From Clostridia bacterium (GTDB lineage: Bacteria; Bacillota; Clostridia; Christensenellales; UBA1242), in assembly GCA_016297915.1 (NCBI GenBank), contig JAEDFU010000002.1, positions 31,798 through 95,797 on the forward strand: a stretch of DNA of 64,000 nt. The letters run 5' to 3'. Made by a program: the position numbers and the translations under genes. The notes beneath the pieces are model-generated. The model was not told where the DNA came from. It did no database searches and worked only from the letters and a program-made list of their open reading frames with translations. Of the stretch, positions 46,665 to 53,720 are shown piece by piece; positions within the stretch are counted from its first letter, which is position 1; each line of letters starts with the position of its first letter.

Positions 46665-46769
46665 TATTGATTGTTGTTTTTGCCAACTGATTTGTGACTA
46701 TCCCAAAGATGAAACACAAAACTCGCTATGCAACAGGGGAATAATCTAAAATTTCTTTGACAAAAATTT

Positions 46770-46889
46770 TTGAACCTGCGTCATCAACTAAAAGATAGTT
46801 GATTTTTCAACTAAAAGATAGTTGGTTTTTCAACTAAAAGATAGTTGGTTTTTTCAACTAAAAGATAGTTGAACCTGCGTAATCAACTA
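46770..46889 (+). repeat. Iteron-like array: four tandem copies of a 17-bp hairpin core (CAACTAAAAGATAGTTG, period 23-24 bp) bracketed by a 21-bp direct repeat
   Basis: Cores lie at 46785-46801, 46808-46824, 46831-46847 and 46855-46871, with a fifth half-core at 46884. TTGAACCTGCGT(C/A)ATCAACTA occurs at 46770-46790 and 46869-46889. Confidence 0.9.
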
Positions 46890-48953
46890 AAAATCAAACG
46901 GATTGTTTGAATTGTTGCTACTGCCAGCATTTTGATTAGGTTGGGCTTTTCGCAAGACTTTTTGGTTACGAATGCGGATATCATAATAAGCTTCCTTTTC
47001 GTCTAATTGCTTAGGCAAGCTATTATCAGCAGGGGCAAGTGACATATCATAGACTGAGCACTTGTAACTAGGCGTAAACACCGCTCTGATTGGGTTTCGC
47101 TGTAAGATAGATACAATACATTCACCGCTGTTTGGCTTAAGTGCTCCAAGCTCGGCAGGGTAGATAAGTGGACGAGTGTCAAGTTGTACATTGACAGACT
47201 TGCTCGCCTTTGCACCTTCCTCACCGCCTTTGCTAATTGATGTGGTCTCGGTCTCGACAGAGATGTTTCCGCAACGCTTACTAAATTCCTCTTTGGTTCC
47301 GTCATCGTTGGATGCTATGAATATATGAATATTACAGTTATCCTTGACGGTTGCACTTACATCTTGTCCGTACTTGATAGTAAGCTGTGCATATGATTGC
47401 AAAATTAGTGTAAAGAATATTCTACGAGATCTTGCAACGGTTATAATAGTTTCAAAGTTCTCGATTTTTGGCATGTTACCAAACTCATCGAGTAGGAAGT
47501 ATACATCCTTAGGCAATTGTCCGCCACGCTTGTTGGCAACATCTACAAGGATTTTGTAAAGCTGAGATACAAACATTGTAGCGATTGGGTGACGAGTAGT
47601 TTTTTCGTCAGGAATTTTGATAAATATAGCAGTTGGTTGATCAGTAAATGTCTTGAGATCCATTTCGTTAAGAGATGTAGCATAGCATACACCCATATCA
47701 CTAAATAGACCCATACGGTTGGCAACTATTCCCATGTAAGACATCTTGGTTTTGTCGGCGTTAGTGAGTACTTGGTTGGCAAGCTGTGTAGCCTTGCTGT
47801 GCTCGTCTCTGCCTTGGAAATATTCTGTCAAGGTCTTAAATGGATTGTAGGCATCGTTGTCTTTGAGTGCCAAAATTTGTGCTAAGTTATAAAAATTAAA
47901 TTTGTCCTTGGTCATTCCAAGTTCTGGATTTTCGCTGTCCTCAAGCATTGCAAGCATTGTTCCTTGTACTAGGTCTCTTGCACCTCTATCCCAAATAGGG
48001 TCTTGACTGCTCTCGATTGGACACAAAACAGACGCAATATCTTTGAGCTCCTCAAAAGCCTCTGTCTTGAGAATCTGCTTAAGTGATGCTTGGTGAGAGT
48101 TGAGCGTTTGAATATCTGCAAATGCAAATCCGTCAAACTCGTACCATTCGCCGTAGTATATTTGGCTTACGCACTTAAGACTAAAGTCTCTAGGGTCGTC
48201 ATTGTGGTGAACAACAACTTCACGATTGAGGTTCATTGCTCGCTCGTTTAACTCATACGCTCTGGTCATTGGGTTCCAACAAGCACTCTTAAATGGTTCT
48301 TTTAGGTCAAATGTAAGTACACGATAACCGTTTTTGCGTAACTTTTCGCTGTGGTGGTCATAAATTTCACCTTTTGGGTCGGTTACAACTATACAAGGTT
48401 TGGCGTGCGACTCACTAAGTATCTGCACGGTAGGGTCGATAAACTGTGTAGTTTTACCAGCACCAGTTGTACCAATTACAAGAGTGTGGATAGACTTGTA
48501 CATGTTGACATTAAGTTTGCCGTTGATAAGTTCGGCTCTGATTGGAATACCAATATTGTCTGACTTGTGCAAGTCCTCATAGTAGTGGAACTTAAAGTCA
48601 GGATTGGTTTTGAGCTCCTCGTTGGTAATCCAATGTGTGTCATAGTACTTGCTCATTCCGCCTTTGGTCTCAACCTTGGCCTTGTCCTCGTTGAATTTGA
48701 ACTTGTGATTGCTAAATGCAATAAGCATACCAACAAGTGAAATCAAAAATATTAGCAAAAACATTGTTTTGAAAGTCGAGTTGCCAAATACTTCTGCACC
48801 AATTTTGATTGTTTTGAATGCAAAAAAACTGGATAATAAATACGCTCCGATAAACACTCCAAGCAGAGCCAAAATAAATGAGCCGAATATTGTCTTGAAC
48901 TTGGTCTTAAAGGATGCGTTGCTTTCTTTTTGCTTTTTTTCTTTGTCCGCCAT
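46887..48953 (-). CDS. virD4: Type IV coupling protein (VirD4/TraG family)
   Basis: 688 aa with two N-terminal TM segments, Walker A VIGTTGAGKT and Walker B YFLLDEFGN. Confidence 0.88.
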   Translation of the reverse strand: MADKEKKQKESNASFKTKFKTIFGSFILALLGVFIGAYLLSSFFAFKTIKIGAEVFGNSTFKTMFLLIFLISLVGMLIAFSNHKFKFNEDKAKVETKGGMSKYYDTHWITNEELKTNPDFKFHYYEDLHKSDNIGIPIRAELINGKLNVNMYKSIHTLVIGTTGAGKTTQFIDPTVQILSESHAKPCIVVTDPKGEIYDHHSEKLRKNGYRVLTFDLKEPFKSACWNPMTRAYELNERAMNLNREVVVHHNDDPRDFSLKCVSQIYYGEWYEFDGFAFADIQTLNSHQASLKQILKTEAFEELKDIASVLCPIESSQDPIWDRGARDLVQGTMLAMLEDSENPELGMTKDKFNFYNLAQILALKDNDAYNPFKTLTEYFQGRDEHSKATQLANQVLTNADKTKMSYMGIVANRMGLFSDMGVCYATSLNEMDLKTFTDQPTAIFIKIPDEKTTRHPIATMFVSQLYKILVDVANKRGGQLPKDVYFLLDEFGNMPKIENFETIITVARSRRIFFTLILQSYAQLTIKYGQDVSATVKDNCNIHIFIASNDDGTKEEFSKRCGNISVETETTSISKGGEEGAKASKSVNVQLDTRPLIYPAELGALKPNSGECIVSILQRNPIRAVFTPSYKCSVYDMSLAPADNSLPKQLDEKEAYYDIRIRNQKVLRKAQPNQNAGSSNNSNNPFDF

Positions 48954-49104
48954 TTTCTTCCATACCTTACATATATTTTTTAGTTAGTATTAGTAATTTT
49001 ATTATACATATATATTGAGTATATATATTTTTGAAACTATTGTCAAAAAAATAATGCGTCTTGCGTTCAAAATTTTTTGCAGGCAAAAATTTTGGCACAG
49101 ATGT

Positions 49105-49253
49105 TTTTTCAAAAACAAAGTGTCTATATTTGGATGCCCAGATTTCAAAAACAAAGCTTTTTTGTGTTTAAGGGACATTTCAAAAACAATTGAGTGTAAG
49201 TTTGGATGAATGCATTTCAAAAACAAAGCCATGTTATGTTTGCGGTTGAGGAC
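49105..49253 (+). repeat. Four direct repeats of about 36 bp (aTTTCAAAAACAAag-N9-10-TTTgN...) in the virD4 / pilin divergent control region
   Basis: The TTCAAAAACAA cores start at 49108, 49144, 49179 and 49216 (periods 36, 35 and 37 bp). A degenerate fifth unit sits near 49064. Confidence 0.85.
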
Positions 49254-49262
49254 TCAGTCGAC

Positions 49263-49332
49263 GCCTTAGTATGTAATATTCTCAATTCTGTTGACACCAA
49301 GAAAGTTTGCTGATGCCTTAACATGTAATATT
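49263..49332 (+). repeat. Pair of 18-bp direct repeats GCCTTA(GT/AC)ATGTAATATT
   Basis: Copies at 49263-49280 and 49315-49332, 16 of 18 identical and 52 bp apart, between the 36-bp array and the pilin promoter. Confidence 0.7.
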
Positions 49333-49540
49333 TGTAAGCATATTCGCAAGAACAAAATTCGCCTTTGTCTTGGTATGGGGTGTGCACAAACATTAGCGTG
49401 CAAAAAGTTTTTCGTAAAATTTTGGTTAAAAATAAAAAATTTTGGATAAATTTGCAAAAACCTTGTAATTTTAGTTGACTAAAGATGAATTTTTTAATAA
49501 ACTTTGGGTAAGTTAAAACAAAAAATATGGAGAACAAAAA

Positions 49541-49906
49541 ATGAAAAACTTTTTATTTAATATGGCTTTGTCCATGAATAGATTGGCAACTGGAAGTACC
49601 GAGATTAAGGATGGCACCACTAAAATTTCCAGTCTTGATGGCTTGGTAACAACATTTACAACTGTATTTAGATATGTTCTAGGTCCAATTCTATCCATTA
49701 TTGGTATTGCAGGTGTTGGATACGCTGTATATCTAGGTATTCAATATGCAAAGGCAGAAGATGCTAGTAAGAGAAAGGAAGTTCAAGGCAGACTAATCGG
49801 TGCTGTTATTGGTGCTGTAATTATTATTGCCGGCGCAGTAATCTGTTTCGCTCTTGACTGGGTTGGTATCTTCAATAGCTTTGTTGATAAGAGCCAAACA
49901 AACTAA
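49541..49906 (+). CDS. VirB2/TrbC-like pilin-type conjugal transfer protein 1
   Basis: 121 aa with two hydrophobic helices around a charged loop: LGIQYAKAEDASKRKEVQGRLIGAVIGAVIIIAG..C..LDW. Paralogous to the next gene. SD ggaga. Confidence 0.7.
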   Translation: MKNFLFNMALSMNRLATGSTEIKDGTTKISSLDGLVTTFTTVFRYVLGPILSIIGIAGVGYAVYLGIQYAKAEDASKRKEVQGRLIGAVIGAVIIIAGAVICFALDWVGIFNSFVDKSQTN

Positions 49907-50031
49907 TAAAACCAATAAATCCTTTAACAAGATTCCTTATAATTTTGTAAACATCATAGATAATGTGACCACAAATGCAGATTTTCAACAAAGGTCTGCA
50001 TTTGCACATACCCCAATTCTATGCTGTTTAG

Positions 50032-50067
50032 ATCTCGCTAAACTAAGCCGTAGCGGGATTTTTTTTG
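50032..50067 (+). terminator. Terminator/attenuator after pilin gene 1
   Basis: Nine-bp stem atctcgcta / tagcgggat (one G-U pair) followed by T8. An additional 9-bp hairpin lies at 49974-50004. Confidence 0.7.
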
Positions 50068-50146
50068 TCAAAACCCCCAAAATCGTTTGGATTTGGGTGG
50101 TAATGTGTGCTAGAATATCCTTGAATTATATGTAGTGGAGAAAAAA

Positions 50147-50605
50147 ATGACAAATTTGCTTGCAAATATCTCAATGTTGCTCTCGCAATCTAAGAGAGTA
50201 GTTGATACTGCCCAAAAGGTTCACGAAGTGCTTGCTAATATTGTTGCACCTTGTCTTACAGTTTTGGGTTCATTGGCAATAATGTATGTAATTGTGCTTG
50301 GTGTACAATATGCTAAGTCCGAAAACGACGAAAAGCGTGCCGAGGTCAAAAAGAGAATCATTAATACAGCAATAGGTGCAGTTGCAATAATTGTTTTGAT
50401 ATTGCTCTGTTGGCTTGTTGATTGGGGAAGAATTATACCTCAAATCTTTGGCTATGTGGATATTGACGGCGTTACTGGCTCGTCTGGTGGTTCGTCAAGC
50501 AGTAGTGGCGGTGTAACTGGCGGTGGTGGTACTCGTGGAAAACCAAACACATTAGGTTATATCTCAACCCTTGCCAAAGACCTTAAATTTTTATTTAGGG
50601 TGTGA
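50147..50605 (+). CDS. VirB2/TrbC-like pilin-type conjugal transfer protein 2 with a Gly/Ser-rich C-terminal tail
   Basis: Same core as gene 1: LGVQYAKSENDEKRAEVKKRIINTAIGAVAIIV..C..VDW. The tail is GVTGSSGGSSSSSGGVTGGGGTRG (50468-50536). The track start at 50135 is GTG; I prefer the ATG at 50147 behind ggag. Confidence 0.7.
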   Translation: MTNLLANISMLLSQSKRVVDTAQKVHEVLANIVAPCLTVLGSLAIMYVIVLGVQYAKSENDEKRAEVKKRIINTAIGAVAIIVLILLCWLVDWGRIIPQIFGYVDIDGVTGSSGGSSSSSGGVTGGGGTRGKPNTLGYISTLAKDLKFLFRV

Positions 50606-50653
50606 CCAAAATAATATACTTAAAATCATAAAAAATTAAATCAAAAAATCAAT

Positions 50654-50693
50654 CCCAAATTGGCTAATTATCTTGCCATTTTGGGCTTTTTTT
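50654..50693 (+). terminator. Terminator after pilin gene 2
   Basis: Eleven-bp stem cccaaattggc / gccattttggg (one mismatch) followed by cTTTTTTT. A second small hairpin plus T6 lies at 50741-50762. Confidence 0.75.
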
Positions 50694-51034
50694 GTGATTA
50701 AATTTATTTGTATTTTTGTGTTTTTGAAATCGGTATGGCTTTTGTCCGACGGACAATTTTTTGGACTAAAATCATTGCGTTTGTTTATGGAATTTTGATT
50801 GCAATTTTAAATAAAAAATAGCGATTAAAAAATTTACTCTATCAAGCGTTCAGCTTTATGAGATTTGCTGTCATGTATTTAGTAATATAAATAAATAAAA
50901 AATAATATTAAAATAATTTGTTTTTTTTGTCGAAATAGGATAAGATAAATATATATATTATGTAAATTAAGTAAGTGTGTCTGCGGTCAGCTAGGGGTGT
51001 ACACACTTTTGACTAATTACAAGGAGATAGAAAA

Positions 51035-53689
51035 ATGGGAAGATCAATGATGCTGGGTTGGCTTGGCGACATGTTGGGTGGGCTAATAGATGTAGTGTTT
51101 AAGCCATTAATGGATATCTTTAATAAATTTTTGCAATCTCTAATGACCTTGGTTGTTGGATTTTCAGTTAATTTTGTTGTTGAAATGGTCAAATGCTATC
51201 TAAATGTTGCCTTGTATCATATCACAATATTTATGTTGTCAATCGTTGACTTTATCGAAATGTGCTTTAGAGCGTTTGCAGGTTTGGACAATGACGGAGC
51301 ATCAGGACTTAGACTATCAATTGATGGCAAGTCTGGGGATATATTAATACAAATGCTTACATCTAGAGCTGTTTTGGATATATTCTTTGCAACAGCTATC
51401 GTTGGTGTGTTCTTGCTAATAATCACTACAATATTTAGTATGATCAAGGTTGAATACACAACTGAGGGTGCTAATAATTCCAAGAGCGGAATAATTGCCA
51501 AATCTCTCAAGAGTCTTTGTAATATGCTCATAATCCCATTGCTAGTAATATTTGGTGTAGTTATTGGAAACCAAGTTTTGGGACTTATAGATACGGCAAC
51601 TGGTGGAGGCGAAGGAAACAAAATCAGCGGAAACTTATGGGTAACTGGTGCTACAAATGCAATGTTTGCAAATAGCAAGCAGTTGATTGATGTTGATGTT
51701 GGTGAACTGGGTACTGCTGTGGTAATGGTTCAGAATAGTTATTATACCCAGGCATTCTTAGGTTTGGCTGCTCCATATGCTCTTCAAGAATCGTTTAAAA
51801 AGACGGTTACCGATATAGCGAATATCTGGGGTTCATCGACTAAATTTTCGGAAGTCGTAAATAGTGTTTCATTTATGGGTGCTTTGGACGACGGTAGTTC
51901 GCATGTTAACCCAGATAGAAGCAATATAGAATCTGGATTCAAGAGTGTTGCAAAAGGATATAGATATTATGACATGCAAAATGTTACTACTCACTATAAC
52001 ATTTTGGAAGTAAACTATTTTATAATCATCCTAGCAGCGACAATAATTATCAAAAACTTGTATCAGTGCTGTTTTGGACTGATAGATAGGCTGTACAGGT
52101 GCACGGCGCTATTTATAATAATGCCAATTGTCGTCGGTATGACGCCAGTCAAAGATAGTTTGAGCAAATGGCGAGGCGATTTCATTGGGCGGGCACTTGC
52201 CGCTTATGGCGTAGTAATTTCGATGAACTTGTTCTTTACAATAGCTGCTGTTTTGCTATCAATTGATATTGACTTTATGGGAACGGGTGCAGGGTCATTC
52301 TTTGGAAATCTCTTTATGAAAGGATTAATCCAAATGGTATTAGTAGTCGTTGGTTGTACATTTATCAATAAACTAGCAGGCGATATGGGTTCATACTTTG
52401 GTGGTACTGACCTTAGAGCTACAGGTGAAAGTGTACAGGGCGACGCTAAGAAAACCGTTCAAGATGCTACAGCTGGAATCCGAAAGGCTGTTCAAATTGC
52501 CGGCACAGTAGGTGCGGCTATTGCAACTGGTGGAACTAGTCTTGCTGGTAAGATTGCAGCGCAAAAAGGGTTGGGTACAGCTCTATCAAGCAAGGCAAAT
52601 ATCAATACTAAACTTAATACTTTAATGGAAGGTAATAGATTAACCGATAAAAATTTGGCTGATTATGGTGCAGCAAAAGATCTTGTAACAGAACAGGATA
52701 ATATTATCAAGGCTGCCAATAGTTCTAGAACTCAGGCATACAAAGATAAGGATGCTGCTGACGCAGTATTAAATGATAAAACAGCATCTAGAGAAGAAAA
52801 AGCTGCAGCTCAAAAGCAAAAAGAAGAGGCGGAGAAAACTATTCAATCTTCGACATCAACAATTGTAAATGCAAAAGAGCAAAAAGTTGTTGCTGAAAAC
52901 ATGGTTGCAGACTTTAGCAAAGCACATGCTGGTGTAGATCAAGCTTATAACCTCAAAAAGCAAGCAGATGCTGCTGATTCTGAAGTTAAGAAACATCAAA
53001 CGACTTTGGATGAGCAAAAACAGCGAAGTGAAGAAAAACGAGCATTGGCAAAGAATGCTGTTGTTGGAATGGTAAAAGACGAATTTGACGCAGGCAAAGT
53101 TGCAGATCAGTATTTGCCAGGGCCACTCAAAGGTATCAAAAAATCATACGACGAACATCGTAAGTCTGAAAATTCAAAATCTCCTGAAGGTGCAAAATTG
53201 TTAGAAAACGAAACTAAGGCTAAGGCTAAAAAGGAAGAAGAAGCTTACGAAAAGAGAAATGCTAGTTGGATTGAGCCTCGTAGAGCGGCTGCAGCTCAAA
53301 CTGTTTCCAAAGCAATAATTGAAAAAGTTGAAATTAATAATCGTGACTTGAATGAAACATTGGATAAACTTGCAAAGAGATATAATAACGCAACAGATCC
53401 TGAAGACAAAAAATACATTATTAGTCAAATGCGTGCATTGAACTCAAATATTGATACTCCAGCTAGTGGCAAATTTGATATTTCTGCAAATGCAAGTTAC
53501 AAAGTTAACTTTGATACTGCCGGATTCAAAAAGGCTATTGAGAATGCTGTTAAAACGAATGCAAAACCTCAAGAAATTGAAAATATTATTCAAGAGCAAT
53601 TGAAACAATGGGGACAAGCTGGTAATGATAAGTTGTTAAAAGAACTTCACAAAGCTATTGAGGAAATTAAAAACAACTTGGGCAAATAA
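51035..53689 (+). CDS. Large polytopic T4SS membrane protein (VirB6/TrbL-like role) with a long Lys/Ala/Glu-rich coiled-coil tail
   Basis: 884 aa. There are at least six hydrophobic segments in the first 470 aa or so; the last 400 aa or so are hydrophilic with heptad-like KAAAQKQKEEAEK-type sequence. SD aaggag. Lies directly upstream of virB4. Confidence 0.6.
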   Translation: MGRSMMLGWLGDMLGGLIDVVFKPLMDIFNKFLQSLMTLVVGFSVNFVVEMVKCYLNVALYHITIFMLSIVDFIEMCFRAFAGLDNDGASGLRLSIDGKSGDILIQMLTSRAVLDIFFATAIVGVFLLIITTIFSMIKVEYTTEGANNSKSGIIAKSLKSLCNMLIIPLLVIFGVVIGNQVLGLIDTATGGGEGNKISGNLWVTGATNAMFANSKQLIDVDVGELGTAVVMVQNSYYTQAFLGLAAPYALQESFKKTVTDIANIWGSSTKFSEVVNSVSFMGALDDGSSHVNPDRSNIESGFKSVAKGYRYYDMQNVTTHYNILEVNYFIIILAATIIIKNLYQCCFGLIDRLYRCTALFIIMPIVVGMTPVKDSLSKWRGDFIGRALAAYGVVISMNLFFTIAAVLLSIDIDFMGTGAGSFFGNLFMKGLIQMVLVVVGCTFINKLAGDMGSYFGGTDLRATGESVQGDAKKTVQDATAGIRKAVQIAGTVGAAIATGGTSLAGKIAAQKGLGTALSSKANINTKLNTLMEGNRLTDKNLADYGAAKDLVTEQDNIIKAANSSRTQAYKDKDAADAVLNDKTASREEKAAAQKQKEEAEKTIQSSTSTIVNAKEQKVVAENMVADFSKAHAGVDQAYNLKKQADAADSEVKKHQTTLDEQKQRSEEKRALAKNAVVGMVKDEFDAGKVADQYLPGPLKGIKKSYDEHRKSENSKSPEGAKLLENETKAKAKKEEEAYEKRNASWIEPRRAAAAQTVSKAIIEKVEINNRDLNETLDKLAKRYNNATDPEDKKYIISQMRALNSNIDTPASGKFDISANASYKVNFDTAGFKKAIENAVKTNAKPQEIENIIQEQLKQWGQAGNDKLLKELHKAIEEIKNNLGK

Positions 53690-53720
53690 CCCAACTGAAA
53701 AGAAAAATGGAGAATAAAAA

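Noticed and set aside
45955-46719. 254-aa minus-strand ORF covering most of thyX and its terminator.
   Set aside because: It is an antisense shadow of a gene with clear family motifs. It has no SD, its composition is rich in Cys, Phe, Ile and Leu as expected from reading AT-rich coding DNA backwards, and it runs through the thyX terminator hairpin.
46785-46871. Reading the 17-bp repeats as a mini CRISPR array.
   Set aside because: The spacers are only 6-7 nt of G/T-run sequence, the period is 23-24 bp, and no cas genes or leader are present. The array is an iteron or hairpin array, not CRISPR.
49002-49537. Three overlapping track ORFs (76, 64 and 106 aa) in the virD4 / pilin intergenic region.
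   Set aside because: Their peptides are periodic (ALFLKCIHPN / ALFLKSGHPN / TLFLKKHLCQ) only because they read through the 36-bp DNA repeats. They have no SD and overlap each other on both strands, so the region is better explained as regulatory or cis-acting DNA.
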